Source: Spirochaetia bacterium (GTDB lineage: Bacteria > Spirochaetota > Spirochaetia > SZUA-6 > Fen-1364). Taken from it: a stretch of DNA of 64,000 bases. Below are positions 37,147-46,595 of the stretch, piece by piece. Every line of letters begins with the position of its first letter. Positions within the stretch are counted from its first letter, which is position 1. The stretch is from NCBI GenBank assembly GCA_049515135.1, contig JBEKUJ010000020.1, positions 257-64,256 of the forward strand, given 5' to 3'. Under the pieces are notes generated by a model that made no database searches, was not told where the DNA came from, and was given only the letters and a program-made list of their open reading frames with translations. Position numbers and translations under genes: made by a program.

Positions 37147-39231
37147 ATGGCTGATGCTCGCGTCGTTGTCGGGAACCTGTGGCAGCAGAGAAGCGACATC
37201 CTGGTTGCAATCGGCGTGGTCGTCGTCATCATGATGATGCTGATCCCGCTTCCGGCCGTCCTGCTGGACGTGCTGCTGGCTGCCAACCTCGTGATTGCCC
37301 TGCTTGTCATCCTCACGGTGCTGTACACCAGGCATGCGCTGGAGTTCTCCGTTTTCCCCACGCTGCTCCTGATTGCCACAGTGTTCGGGCTTGCGCTGAA
37401 CGTCTCCTCCACCCGGCTGATCCTTGCCAAGGGAAGCCAGTTCAACGGGCACATCATCCGTGCCTTCGCCACCTTCGTCGTGGGCACCCGGGGGGTCGAG
37501 GGGTACGTGATCGGCCTGATCATCTTCATCATCATCATCGCCGTTCAGTTCATCGTCATCACCAAGGGCGCGACCCGCGTCGCGGAGGTCGCCGCCCGGT
37601 TCACCCTTGATGCCCTGCCCGGAAAGCAGATGGCAATCGAGGCAGAATACAACTCGGGGCTCATCACGGAGGAGGAGGCGACCCGCAAGAAGAACAACCT
37701 GCAGCGGGAAGCAGACTTCTACGGGTCCATGGACGGAGCATCGAAGTTCATCTCGGGGAACGTGAAAGTCGGGATCCTCATCACGGTGGTCCAGATCGTC
37801 GGGGGCCTGATCGTGGGGATGACGCTGCACGGAGAGACCCTTGACGTCGCGCTGAATACGTACATCTCCCTTTCCATCGGTGACGGTCTTGTCACCCAGC
37901 TGCCCGCGCTGCTCATCTCCACCGCCACCGGCATCATCGTCACGCGCGCAATCTCGGACTCCTCATTCGGCAAGGACATCACGAAGCAGTTCTCCGCCCA
38001 GTCACGGCCGTACCTCATCGCTGCCGCGTTCCTGGTGCTCCTGTCATTCCTGCCTGGTTTTCCGTGGTACGTCCTGATTCCCATGGCCATCCTGATCGGG
38101 GTGCTGGGCTTCAGCCTCACCAGGAAGCAGATCGCCGAAGAGGAGAAGACCAGAACCAGGGAGGTGGCCGACCGGGAGAAAGCAGCCCCCGTTGAGATTT
38201 CGCCGGTTGTGCCACTTGACCCGCTCTCCCTCGAGATCGGGTACGGCCTCATCCCCCTGGTGGACAAGGAGCAGGGGGCCGAGCTGCTGGACCGCATCAC
38301 GCGCATCCGCAGGGAGTCCGCGCTGGATCTGGGGCTCGTGGTTCCGCGCATTCGGATCATCGACAATATGCGCCTTGAGCCTTCGGAGTATTCCTTCAAG
38401 ATACGAGGGGTCGAGGTGGGGCGGGGCAGGATCAAGATGGGATATTACCTGGCAATCCAGCCCGGCCGCCTGACGGAGGAGGTCCCCGGGGAGCCGACAA
38501 AAGACCCGGCTTTCGGTCTGCCCGCAGTATGGGTTGCGGAAGAGGACAGGGAGAAGGCGGAGCGGCTGGGCTACACGGTGGTGGACCCGCCCTCCATAAT
38601 CGCGACCCATCTCACAGAGATCATCAAAAGGTACGCTGCCGACATCCTGGGCCGCCAGGAGGTCCAGTCCATCCTCGATGCCCTCAAGGCGGACTACCCC
38701 GCGGTGGTGGAAGAGGTGAAGAAGGTCCTGTCCATCGGGGAGATCCAGAAGGTGCTTCAGGGGCTGCTGATGGAAAGGGTCTCGGTGCGCAACATGGTTG
38801 TCATTCTGGAGACGCTGGCTGACTACGGGTCGGTGACCAAGGATGTCGGCTTCCTGATCGAGAAGGTCCGTCAGGCCCTGGGGCGGCAGATCTGCCTGCA
38901 GTACTGTGATGACAAGAAGACTCTGCGGGTATTGACCATCGAGCCCACCCTGGAGAAGAAGATCATTGACTCACGGGTGGAAACCAACCGCGGCATTGCT
39001 GCCGGGCTGGATCCGGCGACGCACAGGAAATGGATCACCGCCCTGTCCAACGCGGTCAAGAGCATCCAGGAGGCCGGGCACCATGAGGTGGTCCTGTCCT
39101 CGGAGGCTGCGCGGCCGCTCGTGAAGTCGAGCACGATGCGGGAGATCCCGCACCTGGCGGTCATCTCCAGCCTCGAAGTGGTCCCTGATATCGCAGTGGA
39201 GGCGCTTGGAGAGATCCGGCTGGAAGGGTAG
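37147..39231 (+). CDS. flhA: flagellar type III export gate protein FlhA
   Basis: 694 aa. FVVGTRGVEGYVIGLIIFIIIIAVQFIVITKGATRVAEVAARFTLDALPGKQMAIEA, SMDGASKFISGN, plus the cytoplasmic C-terminal domain. Confidence 0.96.
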   Translation: MADARVVVGNLWQQRSDILVAIGVVVVIMMMLIPLPAVLLDVLLAANLVIALLVILTVLYTRHALEFSVFPTLLLIATVFGLALNVSSTRLILAKGSQFNGHIIRAFATFVVGTRGVEGYVIGLIIFIIIIAVQFIVITKGATRVAEVAARFTLDALPGKQMAIEAEYNSGLITEEEATRKKNNLQREADFYGSMDGASKFISGNVKVGILITVVQIVGGLIVGMTLHGETLDVALNTYISLSIGDGLVTQLPALLISTATGIIVTRAISDSSFGKDITKQFSAQSRPYLIAAAFLVLLSFLPGFPWYVLIPMAILIGVLGFSLTRKQIAEEEKTRTREVADREKAAPVEISPVVPLDPLSLEIGYGLIPLVDKEQGAELLDRITRIRRESALDLGLVVPRIRIIDNMRLEPSEYSFKIRGVEVGRGRIKMGYYLAIQPGRLTEEVPGEPTKDPAFGLPAVWVAEEDREKAERLGYTVVDPPSIIATHLTEIIKRYAADILGRQEVQSILDALKADYPAVVEEVKKVLSIGEIQKVLQGLLMERVSVRNMVVILETLADYGSVTKDVGFLIEKVRQALGRQICLQYCDDKKTLRVLTIEPTLEKKIIDSRVETNRGIAAGLDPATHRKWITALSNAVKSIQEAGHHEVVLSSEAARPLVKSSTMREIPHLAVISSLEVVPDIAVEALGEIRLEG

Positions 39232-39236
39232 CTTAG

Positions 39237-39281
39237 GGGCGGGCAGTAACCCGCCCGAGGGGGCGGTACGTTAGCCCGCCC
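39237..39281 (+). repeat. two tandem GC-rich hairpins in the flhA-flhF spacer
   Basis: GGGCGGG (39237-39243), 6-nt loop, CCCGCCC (39250-39256). Then GGGCGG (39261-39266), 9-nt loop, CCGCCC (39276-39281). Flanked by TAGGGG ... CTAGGGGG. Confidence 0.45.
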
Positions 39282-39293
39282 TAGGGGGAGAGG

Positions 39294-40538
39294 ATGCAAT
39301 ACTTCACGATCCAGGCGCGAAGCAACAGGGAAGCGATAGAAAAGATGAAGCTCACCTACGGAGATGACGCGCGCATCCTTACGCACCGCAGCGTCCGCAT
39401 GGGCGGCTTCCTCGGGATGTTCGCTCACGAAGGCGTGGAGGTGACCGGCTATCTGTCCGATGACGGGGCCAAAAAAAGGAAGGCGGAAGTGGAGGAAGAG
39501 AAGAAGCGCATTCTTGATTCGGTGAGAAAGGAACAGGGCCTCCAGGTGCTTCTCAAGGAGATCCAGAGCCTTCGTGAATCCCTCGACGCCCATGCCACAG
39601 CAACCGCCGTCGCTGAAACGGGAAACGGAGATCTGCATCCCTCTCTGGCGAAAATAGAGGACCTGCTGGCCGCCAATGACTTTTCTGAAGAGTTCATAGC
39701 TGCCATCGTGGACAGGGCAAAGAAGGAGTTTTCTCTGGAGGCGCTGGAGAACTACCCTATGCTCATGGCAGCGGCGGTTGGATGGATCGGGGAGCGGATA
39801 GAGATCGACCCGCCCCTGCGCATGGCAGGAAAGGGAACTCGGATCCTGATCATCGTGGGCCCCACGGGCGTGGGCAAGACGACCACCATTGCCAAGCTTG
39901 CCGCCATCCACGGGATCGGGGACGGCCGGCAGGCCCCCCGCAAGGTCCGCATCATAACGATCGACAACTACCGCATTGCCGCGAAGCAGCAGATAGAAAC
40001 CTACGCGGAGATCATGCGGATCCCGGTGAGCCTGGTGGAAAGCGCCTCGGACCTCCAGAAATGTCTTGCCCTCAACCAGGATGCCGAGCTGATCCTGATC
40101 GACACCATCGGCCGCAGTCCGCGCGACCTGGCAAAGCTCGCGGAGATGAAGGAGATCCTGTCCGCATGCGGCAGCCAGGCATGCGTCTACCTGGCCCTTG
40201 CGGCGACAACCAAGGCCAGCGACACGGAGGAGATCCTGCGGCAGTTCGAGCCCTTTGGCTACCGGGCGGTGGTTCTCACCAAGCTGGATGAGACAATGAG
40301 GATCGGCAACATCATTTCATGCCTTTCGCGGCATCGAAAACTCCTCGCGTACCTCTGTGACGGCCAGGGGGTCCCCCAGGACATCCAGGAAGCCGGGGTG
40401 GTTCGGCTCCTGATGAACATGGAAGGCTTCCGCGTAGACAGAGAGACCCTCGAGAAGCGGTTTTCAAGGGGTCGGGCCACCTCGGGCGTAGGGACGCAAC
40501 TGGCCGCAGGTGACGGCCGCGAGAGCAGGGGGGTCTGA
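39294..40538 (+). CDS. flhF: flagellar biosynthesis SRP-type GTPase FlhF
   Basis: G1 [16 protein letters not shown]3 DTIGRSPRD, G4 TKLDET. N-terminal basic domain. Follows flhA. Confidence 0.93.
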   Translation: MQYFTIQARSNREAIEKMKLTYGDDARILTHRSVRMGGFLGMFAHEGVEVTGYLSDDGAKKRKAEVEEEKKRILDSVRKEQGLQVLLKEIQSLRESLDAHATATAVAETGNGDLHPSLAKIEDLLAANDFSEEFIAAIVDRAKKEFSLEALENYPMLMAAAVGWIGERIEIDPPLRMAGKGTRILIIVGPTGVGKTTTIAKLAAIHGIGDGRQAPRKVRIITIDNYRIAAKQQIETYAEIMRIPVSLVESASDLQKCLALNQDAELILIDTIGRSPRDLAKLAEMKEILSACGSQACVYLALAATTKASDTEEILRQFEPFGYRAVVLTKLDETMRIGNIISCLSRHRKLLAYLCDGQGVPQDIQEAGVVRLLMNMEGFRVDRETLEKRFSRGRATSGVGTQLAAGDGRESRGV

Positions 40539-40541
40539 CAC

Positions 40542-41459
40542 ATGGCAGACCAGGCACAGAAGCTGAGGGAGCTTGTCGGGGCGGGGAACGCGGGGTCCGG
40601 GACCGGCGCGCCCGCGCGCAAGGAGAGGGGAGGCGGGGGAGGATCGGAGGCAAGGAAGGCCACCCGTATCATCGCAGTCTCAAGCGGCAAGGGAGGCGTC
40701 GGGAAGACCAACATAGCCATCAATCTTGCCCTCGCATACGCGCAGGCCGGCAAGAAAGTCATCGTCATGGACGCTGACCTCGGCCTGGCTAACGTGAACG
40801 TCGTGCTGGGGGTCATCCCGCGCTACAATCTCTACCATCTTATACGCAAGCAGAAGTCCCTGTCCGAGATACTGGTTGAGACGAGCTACGGGATCAAGAT
40901 CATCGCGGGAGCCTCGGGCTTCTCAAAGATCGCCAACCTCACCGAGGAGGAACGGACAGAGTTCATTGCGGAGCTCGCCGCGCTTTCCAATGCGGATGTT
41001 CTGATCATCGACTGCGCCGCTGGTGTGTCGAATAATGTCATTTCCTTCATCGCGGCAGCGGACGACGCTCTTATCGTCACGACCCCAGAGCCCACAGCCA
41101 TCACGGACGCATACGGGATCATCAAGATCATCGCGACAGAGATCGAGAACCTGGACCTCGGGCTCAAGCTCGTCGTCAACAGGGTCAGATCCGTCGTGGA
41201 GGGAAAGAAAGTCGCGGAACGGGTCATCAACATCGCCGGCCAGTTCCTGAATCTCAAGGTGGACTACCTCGGGTTCGTGTACGACGATCCCGTTGTCCAC
41301 AGCGCGGTGGTGCGGCAGAAGCCTTTCCTGGTGCTTGACCCGAAGGCAAAGGCGTCCGTGTGCATCCGCCACCTGCTGGGAAGGCTGGAGCACCTGGACT
41401 ATCGCGACGGCAAGGGCATTCCAGTGTTCCTGAAGAAGCTGTTTGGAGGCGGGAAATAG
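40542..41459 (+). CDS. flhG: MinD/ParA-type ATPase FlhG (YlxH)
   Basis: N-terminal FlhF-activating DQAQKLR motif, deviant Walker [10 protein letters not shown], and a C-terminal amphipathic FLKKLFGG tail. Confidence 0.9.
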   Translation: MADQAQKLRELVGAGNAGSGTGAPARKERGGGGGSEARKATRIIAVSSGKGGVGKTNIAINLALAYAQAGKKVIVMDADLGLANVNVVLGVIPRYNLYHLIRKQKSLSEILVETSYGIKIIAGASGFSKIANLTEEERTEFIAELAALSNADVLIIDCAAGVSNNVISFIAAADDALIVTTPEPTAITDAYGIIKIIATEIENLDLGLKLVVNRVRSVVEGKKVAERVINIAGQFLNLKVDYLGFVYDDPVVHSAVVRQKPFLVLDPKAKASVCIRHLLGRLEHLDYRDGKGIPVFLKKLFGGGK

Positions 41460-41527
41460 GGAGTCCGTCGAGGGTTTGTTGACTCTGAGCCCTGTTTCCC
41501 CTACTGTAAGGAAGGGGGGTTGGTCCG

Positions 41528-42370
41528 GTGAGGGACTTCATGAGGGAATACGGGAAAACTGCCGGATTCGCAGCTGCCGGCGCCTTTCTCCTTTCCCTGG
41601 TGGTAGGCCTTGTCAGCCGCAACCCTTTCGGCGCGGCGCTGGCACGGGCCTTACTCCTTGCGGTTGTCTTTGCCTGCCTTGCAGCGGCTGCCCGCTACAT
41701 ACTTGCGAAATACCTCCCTGAGCTGGTAACCACGACGCCATCGCCGGGCACGAGCGCGGTTGGCCAGAATGTGGACATAACACTACCGGAAGAGGGGCCG
41801 CCAGCGGCCGCTCGCGCAGGCGTCTACGAGCGGACCCCGCGGGCTCCTGTTACGGCGGAAGGTGACGTAGAAGAACCGGAGGAGCTGGCTGCCGATCTCA
41901 CGCGCGAGGATACCGAGCCGCAGGGAGATGCAGCTGGAAAGCATGCAGCCCTGGGCCCGGAGGAGTCAGGTCAGGCAGAGCAGGGAGACATTCTGGCGGA
42001 TGAGCTTGACGACGTTCTCCCTCCACTGGCGGACATGGGAGCGGAGACAGAGGGTTTTAGCGCCGGCGAGGCCGAGGCAGGGGGGGATTCGGTTGAGGAA
42101 GCAGAAAGCGTCCCTGAGGACGGAACCGGACGAAGCGCGGCGGAAGGGGAAGTCACCCCGGATGCGGACTCGGAGCTTGGACGGCTTCCCGAGATCTCGT
42201 CTTTCGGGAATCCCTCTTCTGCCCGTGGGGCGGCTCCGCCCCTGCGATCCCGCCGCGGCGGCGAGTCCTCTCGTCCGGAAGACGAAATGAAAGGGGCCCT
42301 TGGCAGCCAGGATCCTGCAACGCTGGCGCGGGCTATCCGCACAGTCTTGAAACGAGATGAAAAGGGATAG
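41528..42370 (+). CDS. hypothetical membrane-anchored acidic low-complexity protein
   Basis: GTG 41528 (ATG 41540 is an alternative). Two N-terminal hydrophobic helices ([16 protein letters not shown]; [18 protein letters not shown]) followed by ~200 aa rich in Glu/Asp/Ala/Gly/Pro. Lies between flhG and fliA. Confidence 0.55.
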   Translation: MRDFMREYGKTAGFAAAGAFLLSLVVGLVSRNPFGAALARALLLAVVFACLAAAARYILAKYLPELVTTTPSPGTSAVGQNVDITLPEEGPPAAARAGVYERTPRAPVTAEGDVEEPEELAADLTREDTEPQGDAAGKHAALGPEESGQAEQGDILADELDDVLPPLADMGAETEGFSAGEAEAGGDSVEEAESVPEDGTGRSAAEGEVTPDADSELGRLPEISSFGNPSSARGAAPPLRSRRGGESSRPEDEMKGALGSQDPATLARAIRTVLKRDEKG

Positions 42371-43166
42371 AGCAAGAATGGCCGACAGCCGCTGGGATGG
42401 CAAGTCTGAAGAGGATCTCTGGAAGCTCTACCGCCGCACGAAGGACCAGAAGCTGCGCGATTTTTTCGTGAGGCAGTATGCCCCCCTCGTGAAGTACGTG
42501 GCGGGAAAGGTCGCCCTGGGCATGCCCCAGAACGTCGAGTTCGACGACCTGGTCGGCTTCGGCGTCTTTGGCCTGTTCGACGCAATCGACAAATTCGATC
42601 CTGGCAAGCACGTGAAGTTCAAGACCTACGCGGTCACCAGGATCCGGGGCGCGATTTTCGACGAGCTGCGAACCATCGACTGGGTCCCCCGCTCGGTCCG
42701 GCAGAAGGCGCGCGAGGTGGAGGAGACGGTACGGCGCCTGGAATCGTCCCTCGGCCGGGCCGCCTCGGATGAGGAAATAGCATCCGGCATGGAAATGGAC
42801 CTCAAAGACTTCCAGCAGATGATGCTGAAGATCAGCGGCACATCCATGCTGTCCCTCCACGACATCTGGTACACGGGGGAGGACAACGACAAGATCTCCA
42901 TCGCGGAAAGCATCGAGAGTCCGGGAAGCCTCAACCCGGATACGATCGTGGAGAAGGAGGAGATCAAGAGGGTCATCGTTGAGGCCATCAAGGAGCTGCC
43001 GGAAAAAGAAAAGAAGGTGCTGGTGCTCTACTATTATGAAGACCTTACCCTCAAGGAGATCGGAGAGGTCCTCGCCGTGACGGAGAGCAGAGTGTCGCAG
43101 CTGCACACAAAGGCCGTCATGCGCCTGCGGGCAAAGCTCACAAGCTTCAAGCGGGGGCTCGTGTAA
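42357..43166 (+). CDS. fliA: RNA polymerase sigma-28 factor FliA/WhiG
   Basis: Region 2 [53 protein letters not shown], region 4 [35 protein letters not shown]. An alternative start is ATG 42378. Confidence 0.92.
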   Translation: MKRDRARMADSRWDGKSEEDLWKLYRRTKDQKLRDFFVRQYAPLVKYVAGKVALGMPQNVEFDDLVGFGVFGLFDAIDKFDPGKHVKFKTYAVTRIRGAIFDELRTIDWVPRSVRQKAREVEETVRRLESSLGRAASDEEIASGMEMDLKDFQQMMLKISGTSMLSLHDIWYTGEDNDKISIAESIESPGSLNPDTIVEKEEIKRVIVEAIKELPEKEKKVLVLYYYEDLTLKEIGEVLAVTESRVSQLHTKAVMRLRAKLTSFKRGLV

Positions 43167-43176
43167 AGGACCATTC

Positions 43177-45135
43177 ATGGCCGCTACCATCGACCTGGAG
43201 CAGATCCAGGAATACATGAGGAAGCAGTCGGAGGAGGATGCCAAGAACCGCACGCTCACCCTGGAGGCGGAAAGCATTCAGGAGGCTCTGAAGCGTGCTT
43301 CCATCGAGCTGACGACCCCCGTCCGCGACCTCGAATATGAAGTGCTTCAGAAGGGAAGCTCGGGGACCCTTGGGGTCGGACGCAAGCCGTGGAAAATCCA
43401 CGTCTACGAGAAGTCCCGACAGGTGAAGACCTCCGCAGAAGCCGCAGAGGAAGAGCGCCGCAGGGCGGAGGAGGTGGCCAGGGCGCCCGAGCGCCCCCGG
43501 GACGTGGCAGGCGAGGTTCTTGTCCGCATCGGGAGTGACGGCGCGTTTCTGAAAGTCACCAGGCCGGAGGGAAGAGGTCCTCGCGCATCGGATGTCATGG
43601 CGTTCGAGAAACTTTCCCTGCGAGGCGTTGCCAATTATGACACCTCCCTGGTTTCACGCGTGGTCAAGCACGCAGACGGGGAGTACATACGCGTGGCGGA
43701 CATCCGCTACGATCCTTCCCATGATGCAACGGCTTCCATTGACATCACCGACGGCGAAATGAAGGCGGTCATCGTAGTGACCGAGCCTGGTCCGGGCGGC
43801 GCCGACATCTCCGTGGACTACCTGAAGAGCTTCCTTGAGTCAAACGGCGTCGTGCACGGGATCAAGGAGGAAGTCCTCCGGGAGTTCGAGTCCTCTCCCC
43901 GCTACGGGAGGCCCGTCGTCGTTGCCGAGGGCATGAAGGCGCGGGACGGCGCAGACGCCCACGTTGCCTACAATTTCAAGGGCCAGCGCGAGGCTGTCAA
44001 GCTGAAGGAGCGGGACGGCAGGGTGGACTTCAAGGACATCTCACGGGTCGAGAACGTCGTTGCCGGGCAGCTTCTCGCAAGCAAGATCTCAGCAGAACCG
44101 GGACAGCCGGGCCAGACAGTAACCGGCAAGCAGATCCCCGCGCAGAAGGGCAAGGACTGCGATCTGGCGGTGGGGAAGAACGTGAAGCTCTCGGAGGACG
44201 GCCTTTCCGCCCTGGCGGAGACCAACGGGCAGGTCCTCCTCCTGGGCGGGAAAATCAACGTCGAGCCGATCTATACGGTCGCTGGAAACGTTGACCTCCG
44301 CACGGGAAACGTACTTTTCCTCGGAACGGTGGTGGTGAGGGGCAACGTGGAGGACGGCTTCTCGGTCAAAGCTGCCGGCAACATCGAGGTTTTCGGAAGC
44401 GTCGGAAAATGCACCCTTGACGCGGAAGGCGATATCGTCGTGCACCAGGGGATTGCGGCAAAGACCGAGGGCAAGGTGCGCTGCGGAAAGTCACTGTATT
44501 CGAAGTTCATCGAGCACGCGCATGTCGATGTCGGTGAGAACGTCGTCGTCACAGACGGGATTGTCCACTCCTACGTGGATGCGAACAAGATGATCCTTTG
44601 CCAGGGAAAGAGAGCGCAGATCGTCGGTGGACGCCTCCGGGCGTCCGAGGAGATCAATTCCAAGATCCTCGGCTCGGTGGCGGGAACGGAAACCCTGCTG
44701 GAAGTGGGCTACGATCCCAGGAGCAAGGAGCGGCTGGTGACGCTGGAGGAAGCCCGCCGGGGGGTGGAGAAGCAGCTCGAGGAAGTGGAGCTCAATATCA
44801 AGACCCTCGAGACGCTGCAGAAGGCGCAGAGGAAACTACCTCCGGAAAAGGCTCAATATCTCGCGGAGCAGAGCGAAAAACGCTCCCAGCTCCTCGGACA
44901 GCTCGATGAGACGGCTCGCGAGATCTCGACGGTCAACTCGTATCTCGCCTCCCTCAACACCATCGGGAAGATCTCGGCCTCGGAAAGGGTCTTTCCGGGA
45001 GTCAAGCTTGCCATCAAGAGCGCCACCCTCCCTGTGCGAACCGAGTTCAAGTTCGTGACTTTCTTCCTCCAGGGCGGAGAGGTAAAGGTGACAAAATACG
45101 AGACTTTCGATGAAGAGCTGATGAAGAGACGGTGA
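43177..45135 (+). CDS. FapA-family (DUF342) protein with a Jag_N-like N-terminal domain
   Basis: N-terminus LTLEAESIQEALKRASIELTTPVRDLEYEVLQKGSSGTLGVGRKPWKIHV resembles the Jag/KhpB N-domain. The centre has beta-helix repeats (GNVDLRTGNVLFLGTVVVRGNVEDGFSVKAAGNIEVFGSVGKCTLDAEGDIVV) typical of DUF342, followed by a C-terminal coiled coil. Confidence 0.75.
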   Translation: MAATIDLEQIQEYMRKQSEEDAKNRTLTLEAESIQEALKRASIELTTPVRDLEYEVLQKGSSGTLGVGRKPWKIHVYEKSRQVKTSAEAAEEERRRAEEVARAPERPRDVAGEVLVRIGSDGAFLKVTRPEGRGPRASDVMAFEKLSLRGVANYDTSLVSRVVKHADGEYIRVADIRYDPSHDATASIDITDGEMKAVIVVTEPGPGGADISVDYLKSFLESNGVVHGIKEEVLREFESSPRYGRPVVVAEGMKARDGADAHVAYNFKGQREAVKLKERDGRVDFKDISRVENVVAGQLLASKISAEPGQPGQTVTGKQIPAQKGKDCDLAVGKNVKLSEDGLSALAETNGQVLLLGGKINVEPIYTVAGNVDLRTGNVLFLGTVVVRGNVEDGFSVKAAGNIEVFGSVGKCTLDAEGDIVVHQGIAAKTEGKVRCGKSLYSKFIEHAHVDVGENVVVTDGIVHSYVDANKMILCQGKRAQIVGGRLRASEEINSKILGSVAGTETLLEVGYDPRSKERLVTLEEARRGVEKQLEEVELNIKTLETLQKAQRKLPPEKAQYLAEQSEKRSQLLGQLDETAREISTVNSYLASLNTIGKISASERVFPGVKLAIKSATLPVRTEFKFVTFFLQGGEVKVTKYETFDEELMKRR

Positions 45136-45136
45136 A

Positions 45137-45463
45137 ATGCCTCTCCTGCCAATCGACCTGCAGACACTTTTTTCACAGACCAACCAGGTGGGAAAGGAGC
45201 AGGCGGTCCAGAAGGAGGCCACGCCCCAGGCCCAGTCCCTCCAGGGATCCCAGATGGTCCAGAAAACAGAGCAGCGGGACAACGACGTGAACGAGACGCA
45301 GCACCAGGAGGAAGGACCGGAGCAGGTCAAGGCGCGCACGCGCAGGGAATCCGGCGGCCGAAGGGAGAGAGGGCCTCGAGGCAAACCGGCGCCCAAGCCT
45401 GCACCACGCAAGGATGTTTTCCGAGACCCCGAGCTGGGCCGAAACATTGATGTGACGGGGTGA
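45137..45463 (+). CDS. hypothetical disordered protein (108 aa)
   Basis: ATG lies 1 nt after the fapA-like stop. MPLLPIDLQTLFSQ, then a Gln/Glu-rich stretch and a strongly basic Pro-rich stretch (RTRRESGGRRERGPRGKPAPKPAPRK). No family recognised. Confidence 0.5.
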   Translation: MPLLPIDLQTLFSQTNQVGKEQAVQKEATPQAQSLQGSQMVQKTEQRDNDVNETQHQEEGPEQVKARTRRESGGRRERGPRGKPAPKPAPRKDVFRDPELGRNIDVTG

Positions 45464-45467
45464 CCCA

Positions 45468-46106
45468 ATGTGGTACACCGTTGTCATCACGCTGGTCATC
45501 GATGTCTGCGGGCTTCTCCTTGTCTACACGCTGCTGCGGGACAGGGTCCGCCGCGCCACCAGCGCCGCTGCGCAGATCGCCGAACTGCGCGACGAGGTGA
45601 GCCGGCTTGTGGTGGAGTTGAACCAGACAACGGAACGCAACGTCGCGCTCCTGGAAGACAGGGTAACCGGCCTCAGTGATCTCCTTGCCGCCGCGGACAG
45701 GAAAATGGCGCTGCTCCAGAGGGAGATAGAGAAGCACGATGTCGGGACCAGGGTCTACACCAGGCTGGCGGAAGGAAGCGCCAGGGCCGCTTCGGGAAGC
45801 GGACAGGGCGACTCGATGAATCCAAAAGAAGCAATGCCAGAGCCGGCTCCTTCCCTCTCGGTGGAGCTGTCGGAAAAACCCGGCCGTCACGGCGATTTGT
45901 CTCCTGCCGCCGCGCCCGTGAGCGGGGAAGCAGCCCTCCTGAAGCAGGACATGCGCCAGAGGGTGGTGATGCTGAGCCGGTCCGGCTTCTCCGCCTCCCT
46001 CATTGCCGCGCGCGTGGGGATTCCCCTGGGCGAAGTCGAGCTGATCATATCCCTGGAGCGCCAGAGAATGTCGCAGCCGGCCTCCCGAAACGAGGGTCAG
46101 ACGTGA
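45468..46106 (+). CDS. membrane-anchored coiled-coil protein with a C-terminal HTH-like motif (DUF2802-like architecture)
   Basis: N-terminal TM (WYTVVITLVIDVCGLLLVYTLL), coiled coil (AQIAELRDEVSRLVVELNQTTERNVALLEDRV), and C-terminal SRSGFSASLIAARVGIPLGEVELIISLERQ. The stop overlaps the cheW start. Confidence 0.5.
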   Translation: MWYTVVITLVIDVCGLLLVYTLLRDRVRRATSAAAQIAELRDEVSRLVVELNQTTERNVALLEDRVTGLSDLLAAADRKMALLQREIEKHDVGTRVYTRLAEGSARAASGSGQGDSMNPKEAMPEPAPSLSVELSEKPGRHGDLSPAAAPVSGEAALLKQDMRQRVVMLSRSGFSASLIAARVGIPLGEVELIISLERQRMSQPASRNEGQT

Positions 46107-46594
46107 CAAAGGACGGCGCTGGAATGAGCGGACGTTATGTCTCTTTCGTCGTGGAAGGAGACCGCTATTGCGTTCCAGTCGACCAGGTCCTCCAGATAGT
46201 GCGCCCCGAGGGCATCCTCGAGGTCCCGAAGCCCCTGCCGTACGTCAGGGGCGTGATCAATCTCAGGGGAGACGTCATCCCCGTGGTGAGCCTCAGGGCG
46301 CGGCTGGGCGTAGGCGGTGGAAAAGCGGAGACGTCAGGAGGGGGATCGCCGCGGGCCAGGATCATCGTCATCAGGGTCGGAAACCGCTCGTGCGGGCTCA
46401 CAGTGGATGAGGTGAGGGAGATCGTCGAAATCAGTGATTCGAACACTGCGGGATTGGCAGAGCAGCATCCAACGGGCGCCGGTGCTCAGTTCGTCCGAAG
46501 CACGGTAAAGAGGGAGGACGTCCTTTTTCACCTCCTCGACCTGCAGCGAGTTCTGAGCGCCGGCAAGGACCTTCAGGGCGCCGCGCCGGTGTGA
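46103..46594 (+). CDS. cheW: chemotaxis coupling protein CheW
   Basis: YVSFVVEGDRYCVPVDQVLQIVRP..VPKPLPYVRGVINLRGDVIPVVSLRARLG...CGLTVDEVREIV. The start is GTG 46103 or ATG 46124. Confidence 0.92.
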   Translation: MTKDGAGMSGRYVSFVVEGDRYCVPVDQVLQIVRPEGILEVPKPLPYVRGVINLRGDVIPVVSLRARLGVGGGKAETSGGGSPRARIIVIRVGNRSCGLTVDEVREIVEISDSNTAGLAEQHPTGAGAQFVRSTVKREDVLFHLLDLQRVLSAGKDLQGAAPV

Positions 46595-46595
46595 C

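Noticed and set aside
39232-39293. Repeated GGGCGG/CCCGCC units considered as a CRISPR or other repeat array
   Set aside because: There are only two short hairpins within 62 nt, with no spacer-repeat periodicity and no cas genes. I treat them as an RNA structural element instead.
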